From positions 23,229 through 87,228 of the forward strand of contig CACLRR010000003.1 in the NCBI GenBank assembly GCA_902609415.1: a stretch of 64,000 bases of DNA, in the 5' to 3' direction. Below, piece by piece: positions 16,038-25,903 of this stretch (positions are counted from its first letter, which is position 1; each line of letters opens with the position of its first letter). Both the position numbers and the translations under genes were made by a program. The notes under the pieces were generated by a model. That model was not told where the DNA came from and did no database searches. It worked only from the letters and a program-made list of their open reading frames with translations. The stretch is from an uncultured Chlamydiae bacterium (GTDB lineage: Bacteria > Chlamydiota > Chlamydiia > Chlamydiales > CACLRR01).

Positions 16038-18764
16038 ATGAGAAAAGTTTTATTGCGCCTTTTACGATGGATCTTCCTAGGATTGATATCCTTACGCTAT
16101 AAGGTAAGAAAAGAAAATATCGAATTATTGGATAGTGAAATATTTAAGGACAAGCCTGTTCTTATTATGCCAAATCACACCTCACTACTTGATGGATTAT
16201 TGGTTGCTGTTACGGTTAATTTGCGTTTTGATTTAAGGCCACTTGTCTTTGAAGGGTATTATAAGTCTTTATTTTTCAAACCTTTTATCAAACTTCTTAA
16301 CCCTATTTGTGTTCCAGACCTATTTTCATCTGTAAGTCAAGAGAAAATAGATAAGACAAAAGAGCTTATTGATATAGTTTGTAAGACGCTCGATAATCAA
16401 GGCCATGTGTTAATTTTTCCTTCAGGAAGGATGAAGCATACACAAGAAGAACTGCTAGGCGGCAGATCATTGGCCTATGAGATATTAAAGCGTAATCCAG
16501 AGCTTGATATTATCCTAGTTAGAATCTCAGGACTGTATGGAAGCCACCTTTCAAGAGAAAATAATAGGGCACCTTCTGTACCTAAAGAGGCTCTTAGGGC
16601 ATTAGGTATTGTTTTAATTAATGGAATTTTCTTTGCTCCAAAAAGACAGTTACTTATTGAGTTTAAACACTCTAAAGGAGAGATTCCACTAAACGATAAG
16701 CGGGTGTGCAATGCTTACCTGGAAGAATGGTATAATAACTATGCAAAGAACATTGACAATCTTCAAGAAAGAACCCCCTTTGAGAGGGTTGTTAGAACAA
16801 AAATACACTTTTTGTTAAAAACAAAGGAAATTGAGCAAGTTGAACAGCGGTTTACAAGAGATTCTTCTTCTCTAGAGGATCATCTCCTTCCTCACCCTGT
16901 TAAAGCAGATCTCTACTATAAGATTTCAGAGATCACAAGTAAACCTGTAGGAGAAATTAACCAGACAGATCACCTTGTATATAAATTGGGTATGGATTCT
17001 TTAGATGTAGCTTCCCTCTATTCACATCTTGAGAGTAATTATGACATAGACTCATCGCTGCAGCCTGGTGATTTAGAAAGTGTTAATGATGTATTGGTAG
17101 CAGCTGTTAATGCTGAAAAAGCTCAAGATTCCTTAAATGAGGAAAAAGTTTCTTCTTCTAAATGGAGACAAGAGAAAGATAGACCTGAGCCCTGCTATTT
17201 GGAGGCAGAGACATTAATTGAAGGTTTTTTGAATCAATCTATGCGGATGAATAATTATGAAATTGTTGCAGATCAAGTCTTGGGAAGTATGGATTTTAAG
17301 AGCATGAGAAAGGCTGTTGTGATCTTAGCAGGAGCAATTAGCAAAAAGGAGGAAAAGCATATAGGGATTATGCTGCCTTCAACAATAGGTTGTCAGCTAC
17401 TGATACTTGCAACTATGCTTGCTAATAAGATTCCAGTATTGATTAATTGGACAGTCGGTACCAACTTTACTAATCATGTTATTAATGAGATGAAACTAAA
17501 GACAGTTATTAGCTCGAATAAGTTTTTAAAAAAAGTAAAATTAGAAAACGTTGGAGATGCTGAAATATGGCCTTTAGAAGAGATCAAAAATAATCTTACA
17601 CTTTATGATAAGGTGCTTGGTCTCTGGATGAGTGCTCAGCCAAAGAAATCAATACTAGAATCATTTGGAGCACATAGCATTACTAGCCATGATACAGCTG
17701 TCATGCTGTATACAAGTGGAAGTACTGGTAAACCAAAGGGTGTACCGCTAACTCATGCAAATCTAATGGCAAATCACTTGGGAGCAATGTCTAGTCTAGA
17801 CCTATCTGTTTCAGATGTATTCATAGTGCCCTTGCCCCCATTTCATGTCTTTGGTTTCAATGTTTCTCTTCTAGGAATTCTCTTAGGTATTAAAACTGTT
17901 TTCTCGCCTGATCCTTTAGATACAACGGCATTAAAGCAAGAGATTATGAAGTGGGCTCCATCAGTTATATTCTTTGCTCCTACATTCTATAAGATACTTA
18001 TTAATGCATCTCAGCCTAGACAATTACAGTCTATAAGGATTTGGATAACAGGGGCGGAGAAAGCTCCGGCTTCACTAAGAGAATATGTCCAGTCATTAGG
18101 TGGTATATTGCTAGAAGGTTATGGATTAACTGAGACTTCTCCTATTCTTGCTGTGTGTTCGGTTCATGATGGAGATAAAAGTAAAGGTGTAGGTAGGGTA
18201 TTAAGCAACATTGATCTAAAAATAATAGATCCTAAGAGCTTAGTAATTAGAGAGAAAGGGCAGGTTGGTGAAATTGTGGTGGCAGGACCGAGCATATTTT
18301 CTGGCTACTATAAATCAACATTGAATCCTTTTATAGAGATAAAAGGAATATCCTATTTTAGAACAGGTGATTTAGGAATGGTGGATGAGGATGATTTTTT
18401 GATAATTACAGGCAGAAGTAAGCGTTGTATTAAGAGAGGGGCAGAGATGATTTCTCTTGTAGCTATTGAGGAAGCTCTTTTAGAAAGGGCCAAGAAGTTA
18501 GGTATTATTGATGAAAAAGAGGTCACTTCACCCTTCGCACTTTCTACTACAGAAGCTAAAAATGGTACTCAGAGATTGGTTCTCTTTTCAGAAATTGATA
18601 TTGCCTTAGATAAGGCTAATATGATGATAATAGAATCAGGTTTTTCACGACTCTTTAAGCTTCATGAGGTGAAATATCTTGAGCAGATTCCTGTTCTTGG
18701 TAATGGTAAGGTAGATTTTGTAGAACTAGATAAACTCCTAGGAAAACGAGTGGGGTATATTTAG
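16038..18764 (+). CDS. aas: Aas-like tri-domain protein: lysophospholipid acyltransferase, carrier (PP-binding) domain and acyl-AMP/acyl-ACP synthetase
   Basis: Three domains are recognisable. The first carries a PlsC-type HX4D motif, PNHTSLLDG (His codon 16176-16178). The second has a carrier-domain motif, YKLGMDSLDVASL (Ser codon 16998-17000). The third has the adenylation motifs MLYTSGSTGKPKGV, GYGLTETS and TGD. I preferred the start at 16038 (MRKVLLRLL) by alignment of the acyltransferase N-terminus with E. coli Aas; an ATG at 16002 is possible. Confidence 0.85.
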   Translation: MRKVLLRLLRWIFLGLISLRYKVRKENIELLDSEIFKDKPVLIMPNHTSLLDGLLVAVTVNLRFDLRPLVFEGYYKSLFFKPFIKLLNPICVPDLFSSVSQEKIDKTKELIDIVCKTLDNQGHVLIFPSGRMKHTQEELLGGRSLAYEILKRNPELDIILVRISGLYGSHLSRENNRAPSVPKEALRALGIVLINGIFFAPKRQLLIEFKHSKGEIPLNDKRVCNAYLEEWYNNYAKNIDNLQERTPFERVVRTKIHFLLKTKEIEQVEQRFTRDSSSLEDHLLPHPVKADLYYKISEITSKPVGEINQTDHLVYKLGMDSLDVASLYSHLESNYDIDSSLQPGDLESVNDVLVAAVNAEKAQDSLNEEKVSSSKWRQEKDRPEPCYLEAETLIEGFLNQSMRMNNYEIVADQVLGSMDFKSMRKAVVILAGAISKKEEKHIGIMLPSTIGCQLLILATMLANKIPVLINWTVGTNFTNHVINEMKLKTVISSNKFLKKVKLENVGDAEIWPLEEIKNNLTLYDKVLGLWMSAQPKKSILESFGAHSITSHDTAVMLYTSGSTGKPKGVPLTHANLMANHLGAMSSLDLSVSDVFIVPLPPFHVFGFNVSLLGILLGIKTVFSPDPLDTTALKQEIMKWAPSVIFFAPTFYKILINASQPRQLQSIRIWITGAEKAPASLREYVQSLGGILLEGYGLTETSPILAVCSVHDGDKSKGVGRVLSNIDLKIIDPKSLVIREKGQVGEIVVAGPSIFSGYYKSTLNPFIEIKGISYFRTGDLGMVDEDDFLIITGRSKRCIKRGAEMISLVAIEEALLERAKKLGIIDEKEVTSPFALSTTEAKNGTQRLVLFSEIDIALDKANMMIIESGFSRLFKLHEVKYLEQIPVLGNGKVDFVELDKLLGKRVGYI

Positions 18765-20197
18765 TGAAACTTATTTTCTTTAATACATTAAACAGAAAAA
18801 AAGAAATATTTAATTCTATATCTGAGAGTAAGGTTACCTTATATACCTGTGGACCTACAGTTTATAATAAGGCTCATATAGGAAATTTACGCACCTATAT
18901 CTTTGAGGATCTTTTAAGAAGAGTACTTATATTTTTTGGCTATAAAGTAAACCAGGTGATGAATATTACTGATGTTGATGATAAGACGATTAAAGGTGCC
19001 CTAGAAAAGAACTGTTCATTAGAGGAATTTACTCAAGAGTATAAAGATCAGTTTTTTAAGGACCTAGAAAGTCTTAATATTCTAAAAGTAGAACAATATC
19101 CAGAAGCAACTAGGTTTATTCCTCAAATGATTCATCTAGTTAAAAAACTTATTGATAAAGGGTATGCTTATGAAAAAGAAGGCAATGTGTTTTTTAAAAT
19201 AGAAAAATTTGATGAATATGGAGCACTTGCACATCTTCAAAAAGTTGCACTTAAGCCAGGTGCCTCTAATCGTATTGCAGATGAGTATGAAAAAGATGGC
19301 GTTGCAGATTTTGTGTTATGGAAAACATATAATTCTAAGAAAGATGGAGATATTTTCTGGGATTCGCCGTGGGGCAAAGGAAGACCTGGTTGGCATACAG
19401 AGTGTTCGGCAATGGCTTTGTCACTTCTTGGAAATACTATAGATATTCACTGTGGAGGAGTAGATAATATTTTTCCTCATCATGAAAATGAGATAGCTCA
19501 GTCTAAGGCATGTACTGGTAAGCACTTTGTGAATTATTGGCTTCATGCAGAGCATCTTCTAGTAGATGGTAAAAAGATGTCTAAAAGCCTTAATAATTTT
19601 TACACATTGTCCGATTTAACTGATCTGGGTTTTTCTCCAAGGGAAATTAGACTCAATCTCCTACAAACACATTACAGAACTCAGTTAGATTTTTCATTAG
19701 AAAGACTAAGGGATTCTCAAGGTTTGTTAAGAAAATTTGATACTTTTATTGGCCGACTTAAAGAATATATCGATGGTGAAGAAGCGACCTTAGAAAGACT
19801 AATGGATTCTCAAGGTTCTTTATATGAGAAGATTAATGATATTAGTAAAAAGATAAAGAATGGATTTGCAGATGATTTACACATCGATAAAGTGTTAGCC
19901 CTTCTCTTTCCGTTCATGAAGGAGATTAATGCTCTTCTAGATCAAGGCAAACTTGTTAAAGAGGATGCAGAACGTATTATTTCGCTTTTTGAAGAGATAG
20001 ACCAAATTTTTGGAGTATTAATTAATAGTCATCCAGATGATAAGATCCACGAAAGATATTTGCAGATGTTAAAAATGAGAGATATTGCAAGAGCGGAAAA
20101 GGACTGGAATGAAGCTGATAGAATACGTGATTTGCTTGATAAAGATGGATATGTTATTGAAGATACAAAGACAGGATCACGTCTAAAAAGGAAGTAG
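18764..20197 (+). CDS. cysS: cysteine--tRNA ligase
   Basis: HIGN (HIGH-type) and KMSKS motifs and a CGGVDNIFPHHENE zinc-site region. The GTG start overlaps the aas stop (TAGTG). Confidence 0.95.
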   Translation: MKLIFFNTLNRKKEIFNSISESKVTLYTCGPTVYNKAHIGNLRTYIFEDLLRRVLIFFGYKVNQVMNITDVDDKTIKGALEKNCSLEEFTQEYKDQFFKDLESLNILKVEQYPEATRFIPQMIHLVKKLIDKGYAYEKEGNVFFKIEKFDEYGALAHLQKVALKPGASNRIADEYEKDGVADFVLWKTYNSKKDGDIFWDSPWGKGRPGWHTECSAMALSLLGNTIDIHCGGVDNIFPHHENEIAQSKACTGKHFVNYWLHAEHLLVDGKKMSKSLNNFYTLSDLTDLGFSPREIRLNLLQTHYRTQLDFSLERLRDSQGLLRKFDTFIGRLKEYIDGEEATLERLMDSQGSLYEKINDISKKIKNGFADDLHIDKVLALLFPFMKEINALLDQGKLVKEDAERIISLFEEIDQIFGVLINSHPDDKIHERYLQMLKMRDIARAEKDWNEADRIRDLLDKDGYVIEDTKTGSRLKRK

Positions 20198-20202
20198 TAA
20201 AG

Positions 20203-21276
20203 ATGAGTAGCTTATTTAGATTGTGGTTGTGTTTTTGTATGGCAACACTCTCTTCTAGCGCTGTAGCTACAGTATTAGATACCACTGAAGATACGAATAT
20301 TCCATCGTGGAGTAGTTCATATAAGGGTACTTTTTCTACATCTCTTTCTTATTACTATGGCCTTAGTTATTCTATCCCTCTAGGTTATGAAAGATCAGAT
20401 AATGGATCATCTATGGAGTCAAATAGGAGTGTTGATTTACCAAATATAGGAACTCATTTTATAGAACTAGATCTTTCAACAGATCTAGTTATGGTGACAA
20501 AAGGCTCAATTAAAGTGGGAGTTAATGCTCGTGGTGGAATAGAAAACTCAAAGAAAAATAGTGAAGTTGCCAGTGCAGATTCTGGCATTTATCTTTTAGG
20601 GCATCATTACTATTGGTTGGATTCCTCTACAGACTCCGCTGATCAATTTGCTGCTGTGCATTCTATGAATCAACTTTCTTTGTCATCTATAACGTCAGAA
20701 TTAGACTATGAAGATATATCAACACAGCTCTATTTTTGTTATTCTAGTGAGTATATCGACACTCATTTAGGTTTTCTTATTGGTTTTACAAATCAAGATA
20801 TCACAACGGAAGCTGTTCAGGATAGAGGCAAAGAAGCTGAGATAACTTCTGGAATCTCTTCAATAAAAAATATGATAGATAGAGAGCTAACATATATCGC
20901 TCTAAAACCTGCAGTCAATTATAGTATGCAATTTGGAGGGGTACAGTTGTATGCGGCTTATGCACCACTAATAAGGCGTATTGATGGAACAGTAAAAATT
21001 CATGTTACTGGAGAAAACACTTTTTCTAGCGGATCTTCTACTCCCACTGGTTTGGTTAAAAAAGAGAAGAGGCATGTTCAGAATGTAGCTCATTATGATT
21101 TGGCACATGAAGTCGCAGCTGGAGTTAGAATCGTCAAAAATAAATTCCAAATAGCTCTTGGCATGGTGTCAATGCCAACACTTTCTGCAAGCAGGGCGTA
21201 TATTGATATTTATTCTCATGAACTAGCCTTCGAGAATTTAGCAGCCTTGCAATTAAAGGTTGATCTTAATTTCTAG
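20203..21276 (+). CDS. putative outer-membrane beta-barrel protein
   Basis: Signal peptide MSSLFRLWLCFCMATLSSSAVA. Alternating hydrophobic and aromatic strands (YKGTFSTSLSYYYGLSYSI, LTYIALKPAVNYSMQF and others). C-terminal ...LKVDLNF ends in Phe, as in OMP sorting signals. Confidence 0.65.
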   Translation: MSSLFRLWLCFCMATLSSSAVATVLDTTEDTNIPSWSSSYKGTFSTSLSYYYGLSYSIPLGYERSDNGSSMESNRSVDLPNIGTHFIELDLSTDLVMVTKGSIKVGVNARGGIENSKKNSEVASADSGIYLLGHHYYWLDSSTDSADQFAAVHSMNQLSLSSITSELDYEDISTQLYFCYSSEYIDTHLGFLIGFTNQDITTEAVQDRGKEAEITSGISSIKNMIDRELTYIALKPAVNYSMQFGGVQLYAAYAPLIRRIDGTVKIHVTGENTFSSGSSTPTGLVKKEKRHVQNVAHYDLAHEVAAGVRIVKNKFQIALGMVSMPTLSASRAYIDIYSHELAFENLAALQLKVDLNF

Positions 21277-21329
21277 ACAACAATACCCCTGATACGGATA
21301 CTGGTACTCTTATAAAATAGGTAATATTG

Positions 21330-22925
21330 ATGAGTACAGGTCCAGATTATATGCTTTCTGAGGATTATACAGTCCGTTTAAAAAAATTAAATGAAATTAG
21401 AGAACTTGGTGTGGAACCTTATCCACATAAATTTTCTACAACTAATACAGTTTCTAAGTGTAGATCTACTTATGAGAAAGAGCAGGGTGGTTTTGATGAA
21501 GCCATGCAAGGAAATACTAAGCGTTCTATCCTCTCAGGAAGACTCGTTCTTATGCGCGCAATGGGTAAAAATATTTTCGCACAGTTGAAAGAAGGAACAG
21601 AAACAATACAGGTGGTCTTTAATCGAGATACTACAAAGGTGGAGGGATTAGCTCCAGAAGCTGGTATTACTGATCATAAGTTTATTGAAAAGAAATTAGA
21701 CCTTGGTGATCACCTTGGAATTCAGGGATATATCTTTAGAACAAATAAAGGTGAACTGACACTCTTTGCACACAAGGTAACTCTTCTTTGCAAGACACTT
21801 CTTCCACTCCCAGATAAGTATAGTGGATTAAAAGATAAAGAAACGCGCTATAGAAAACGTTATTTGGATCTTATAGCAAATCCAGAAGTGATGATAACGT
21901 TTAAAATGCGTTCAATGATATTACAAACTATGCGTTCATTTTTCGAGAAACATAATTTTATTGAGGTAGAAACTCCTATACTAGAGCACACCTATGGAGG
22001 AGCTCAGGCAAAACCATTTAAAACTCATCTAAATGCTCTAACCTTAGATATGTATATGAGAATTGCTCTTGAAATCCCTCTAAAGAAGTTGATTGTTGGC
22101 GGTATGGAACGTGTTTTTGAGATAGGAAGACTTTTTAGGAATGAGGGCATGGATTTAACACACAATCCTGAATTTACTTCAGTAGAATGTTATGCGACTC
22201 ATTGGGACTATAATGATGTAATGGAGTTTACTGAAAGATTATTTGAAGAGATTGCTAAGAAACTATTTGATAAAACTCATATTGGAACAAGGGTTGATAG
22301 AGATGGAAATGAGCATGATATTGATCTTACTGCACCATGGAGACGAATTAGTTTAAAGGATAGCATTAAAGAGTTTGCAGACTTTAATTTTGATGAAAAA
22401 TCAGAAGATGAATTAAAAAAAATGCTTCTTGATAAAGGAAATCTAGAAGATAAGAAGATTAAAGAGGCTTCAAGAGGGCATCTAATGGTAATGATCTTTG
22501 AGGAGTTTGTGGAGCATCAGCTTATTCAACCAACATTCATTTATGACTATCCGATAGAATCGACACCGCTTTGTAAACCTCATAGAGATCCAGAGCTTAG
22601 AAAAGAAGGAATTGTAGAGCGCTTTGAACTCTTTATCATGGGAACTGAATTTGCCAATGCTTATACAGAATTAAATGATCCTATCCTACAGAGAGAGTTA
22701 TTGGAGGAGCAGGAAAGGCTCTTAACAGAAGGTGATGGTGAAGCAAATCCAATGGATGAAGATTTCCTTGAAGCTATGTCTCAAGGGATGCCTCCAACAG
22801 GTGGACTTGGAATAGGAATTGATCGTATGGTGATGTTATTTGCAGGGAAGACGAGTATTCGGGATGTTTTATTCTTTCCAACGATGAAGAAGCTGGCAGC
22901 TATAGATCACTCCAATACTAGCTAA
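21330..22925 (+). CDS. lysS: lysine--tRNA ligase (class II)
   Basis: OB-fold N-terminal domain plus class II motifs (FRNEGMDLTHNPEFT and GGLGIGIDRMVML). ATG at 21330; TTG at 21327 also possible. Confidence 0.95.
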   Translation: MSTGPDYMLSEDYTVRLKKLNEIRELGVEPYPHKFSTTNTVSKCRSTYEKEQGGFDEAMQGNTKRSILSGRLVLMRAMGKNIFAQLKEGTETIQVVFNRDTTKVEGLAPEAGITDHKFIEKKLDLGDHLGIQGYIFRTNKGELTLFAHKVTLLCKTLLPLPDKYSGLKDKETRYRKRYLDLIANPEVMITFKMRSMILQTMRSFFEKHNFIEVETPILEHTYGGAQAKPFKTHLNALTLDMYMRIALEIPLKKLIVGGMERVFEIGRLFRNEGMDLTHNPEFTSVECYATHWDYNDVMEFTERLFEEIAKKLFDKTHIGTRVDRDGNEHDIDLTAPWRRISLKDSIKEFADFNFDEKSEDELKKMLLDKGNLEDKKIKEASRGHLMVMIFEEFVEHQLIQPTFIYDYPIESTPLCKPHRDPELRKEGIVERFELFIMGTEFANAYTELNDPILQRELLEEQERLLTEGDGEANPMDEDFLEAMSQGMPPTGGLGIGIDRMVMLFAGKTSIRDVLFFPTMKKLAAIDHSNTS

Positions 22926-25146
22926 ATGTATTTCTAGCGTCAATATCGATATGAAATGAGATTTCTTTAGGTATATCAATTGGAATTTTTTTGATAACTC
23001 TAGAAAGTTTTGTGAGGCTTTCTGATTTAATAATGCATTGAAAGCGAAAACGCTCCTTTATACGTGCATATCCACAAGGGTTAATACCTGTAATCTGATA
23101 GCCTTCTGGTAATTTTTTTGTAAGATGGTTATGATAGGTCTTTGCAAAATAGAGGGTTTTTCCTTCATCCTTGCCAGTGAAGGTCAGTTTTGCAAGGCGG
23201 GAAAAGGGGGGGTATAAAAAACACTTTCTATCTTTGATTTCATATTCATAGAATTTTTGATAGTCTTCTTCTTTTGCAAGCTTAATGATTGGGTGATCCT
23301 TATTAAAGGTTTGAACGATCACTTCTCCCGGTAGCAGACCTCTTCCTGACCTTCCTGCAACTTGAGTGATTGTTTGATAGACATTTTCTCCAGCTCTGAA
23401 ATCAGGGATCATTAATGAGCTGTCTGCTTGTAGTATTCCTACAAGGGTAACAGAGGGGAAATGTAGACCTTTGGCGATCATCTGTGTTCCAATCAGAATA
23501 TCTGCTTTTCCTGCTCTAAATTCTTGATAGATTTTTTGGTGGCTACCTTTAAGCTTTGTTGTATCCCTATCCATTCTAAGTGTTCTAACTTCTGGGAAGA
23601 TAGCTCTAATAGCTCGTTCAACCTGTTCTGTTCCTGGACTTTTAAACTTATAAGTCTGTGTGGAGGTGCAGTTCTTACATTTAGCTTGTTCAGTAACTAT
23701 TTCATACCCACAGAGGTGACATGACAATAGATTATTTCTTCTATGAAAGGTTAAGGATAGATCGCAGTAAGGGCATTTTATGGCGTCATTACAGGTTGTA
23801 CATACCTGAGAGCCAAAGTAACCTCTACGGTTAAGAAAGATTAGCGTCTGTTCACCAATTTCAATTCTTTTCTTAATCCCTTGTAAAAGCATATCAGAAA
23901 AGAGGGTGAAACTTTTATTCTTATCCATTTCATGTTGCATATCTATAATATGTACATTTGGTTTTTCAGCTTGTGTTGCTCTTGATGAAAGTGTATGAAG
24001 TTGGTATTTATTAATTGTTGTGTTAAAGAAGCTTTCTAACGATGGTGTAGCGCTACCAAGAATAACTGTAGCATTATTTAGGTGAGCTCTTTTTACTGCT
24101 ACATCCCTTGCATTATAAAAAGGAGTATCATCGTTTTGCTTGTATGAGTTATCGTGTTCCTCATCAACGATGATTAGTCCCAAATTTTCAAGAGGTGAAA
24201 AAATAGCAGATCTTGCACCAACGACAATTTGAACCTTCTGCATCCGTATATTTCTATATGCATCAAGCCTTTCACCATCACTTAGTCGATGATGAAGAAT
24301 ACAGATTCTTTGTTGGAACCTTGCTTTGAGTCTTTCCATAGTTTGATTTGTTAAGGCAATTTCAGGAACAAGAAGAATAACACTCTTGTTCATGTTCAGA
24401 GTATGATCGATAGCCTGGAGATACACTTCGGTTTTTCCACTTCCAGTAATTCCGTGTAGGAGATGTGTTGTGTATTTCTGATTACTAATTGTTGTATTGA
24501 TTGCAGTAAGGGTAGTTTGTTGTTCTTGATTTAGTTCTTTTGGTATCGTTGGAAAAAATTCATCTTCAAGAAGGAGTGAACGATCAACTTCTATAGAACG
24601 CTCCTTAAGTATTCCCTTCTTAAGAAGAGTGAGGATACTGCTTCTAGAGAGTCCATAAACAGAGGTCATTTCAGAAAGAAGTATCCCCTTAGGTTGTTTA
24701 AGAATTTCTTCAAGAACTTGAGCCTGTTTTCCATATTTTATTTGAAGCTCACTACACTCTTTTCTTATTTGTTCTATCGTAAGTCCTCTAATAATGAGCT
24801 TTTCTCGTTTCTCTTGCATATTGCGCCTTACACTTTTAGGAAGCATGGTGATTAGTACTTTTCTTAAAGGGGAAATGTAGTAGTCTGAGATCCATTTAGC
24901 CAATGCAAAGAGCTCTTCTGTAAATCCTTTTTCCTCATGGATGATGCTTTGAATAGGAAGAATGTTCTTAATGTGGCTTTTATCACTTACTCCTATAATA
25001 GTTCCAAAGAGTACACGTTTTCTTAAGGGGGCAGAAACTCTTCGTCCTTCTTTAATTTGTGATGCCAGGTGATCTGGTACACGGTAGTCAAAGGGTCTAT
25101 CAAGCGATTTATCAAAGAGTATAGAGACGAAAAGAGGTCTACTCAT
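22918..25146 (-). CDS. priA: primosomal protein N' (replication restart helicase PriA)
   Basis: Walker A GITGSGKTEVY, DEEHD box and the Cys-rich zinc region CTTCNDAIKCPYCDLSLTFHRRNNLLSCHLCG. Confidence 0.9.
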   Translation of the reverse strand: MSRPLFVSILFDKSLDRPFDYRVPDHLASQIKEGRRVSAPLRKRVLFGTIIGVSDKSHIKNILPIQSIIHEEKGFTEELFALAKWISDYYISPLRKVLITMLPKSVRRNMQEKREKLIIRGLTIEQIRKECSELQIKYGKQAQVLEEILKQPKGILLSEMTSVYGLSRSSILTLLKKGILKERSIEVDRSLLLEDEFFPTIPKELNQEQQTTLTAINTTISNQKYTTHLLHGITGSGKTEVYLQAIDHTLNMNKSVILLVPEIALTNQTMERLKARFQQRICILHHRLSDGERLDAYRNIRMQKVQIVVGARSAIFSPLENLGLIIVDEEHDNSYKQNDDTPFYNARDVAVKRAHLNNATVILGSATPSLESFFNTTINKYQLHTLSSRATQAEKPNVHIIDMQHEMDKNKSFTLFSDMLLQGIKKRIEIGEQTLIFLNRRGYFGSQVCTTCNDAIKCPYCDLSLTFHRRNNLLSCHLCGYEIVTEQAKCKNCTSTQTYKFKSPGTEQVERAIRAIFPEVRTLRMDRDTTKLKGSHQKIYQEFRAGKADILIGTQMIAKGLHFPSVTLVGILQADSSLMIPDFRAGENVYQTITQVAGRSGRGLLPGEVIVQTFNKDHPIIKLAKEEDYQKFYEYEIKDRKCFLYPPFSRLAKLTFTGKDEGKTLYFAKTYHNHLTKKLPEGYQITGINPCGYARIKERFRFQCIIKSESLTKLSRVIKKIPIDIPKEISFHIDIDARNTFS

Positions 25147-25903
25147 TAACTTTGTATGGTTTTAGGTTTTGTAATAGGATTTTCCATAGTGAAGCTTTTA
25201 GAAGGGGGGATTTATAGTAAAGTAAGAGATCAGTCAACAGCAGAAGGGGTTTGTTGCCAAGCTTCTTAAGCATACGCTGAGGTGTTTCCTTATAAAAAGA
25301 AAGAAGCTTGTTACCTGGGAGAAATAGGGTATCTGGTGCGATGATACATTGGATCTCTTCCATTTCTAGTAGTTGTTTATAGTTTTTTTCAAATGGTGTA
25401 ATGTCTATTACCTTAGATGGTGCAATATATGTAGAAATTGCTAATGCTATATTTGTAAGAAAGGGAAGATGCTCGGCTTCTTTTTTTGTTATGAAAATGG
25501 GAATTGGTGATATCTCTTTTTCCTGTCTCGAGGCTTCAAGAGATTTATGAGCTGTACATGGAGGAGGGGTGTCATGAATTTTTAGTGAGGGTGCAAGAAT
25601 TGCTACTAATTCTTTTACTTGATTAAGCTCTAGAGGGTCCCTGTGATTTGTTGTGCGTGGTTTCGATGAAGGTGATTTTTTAGACAGAGGCTTTGGCAGA
25701 GCTTTTTTCTCATTTTTTATTTCTTTTAATTTCGTGGGAGCGATAAGGGGTTGAATGATTGGTTTTACGGTTGGTTTGTGTGCTATTTTTTTGACGCTTT
25801 TAATCGTGAATCTATCATTCATTAGAAGATATTCTTTTGGAGAATAGTTCTCTGCAAGATAGCTTTTTATGAGAGATAGACAGTTAGTTGCTTGTTTTGT
25901 CAT
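25139..25903 (-). CDS. hypothetical protein (254 aa) wedged between ftsY and priA
   Basis: ATGA overlap with the ftsY stop and an 8-nt overlap with the priA start. Central K/P-rich linker (KPTVKPIIQPLIAPTKLKEIKNEKKALPKPLSKKSPSSKP). No recognisable domain. Confidence 0.7.
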   Translation of the reverse strand: MTKQATNCLSLIKSYLAENYSPKEYLLMNDRFTIKSVKKIAHKPTVKPIIQPLIAPTKLKEIKNEKKALPKPLSKKSPSSKPRTTNHRDPLELNQVKELVAILAPSLKIHDTPPPCTAHKSLEASRQEKEISPIPIFITKKEAEHLPFLTNIALAISTYIAPSKVIDITPFEKNYKQLLEMEEIQCIIAPDTLFLPGNKLLSFYKETPQRMLKKLGNKPLLLLTDLLLYYKSPLLKASLWKILLQNLKPYKVNE

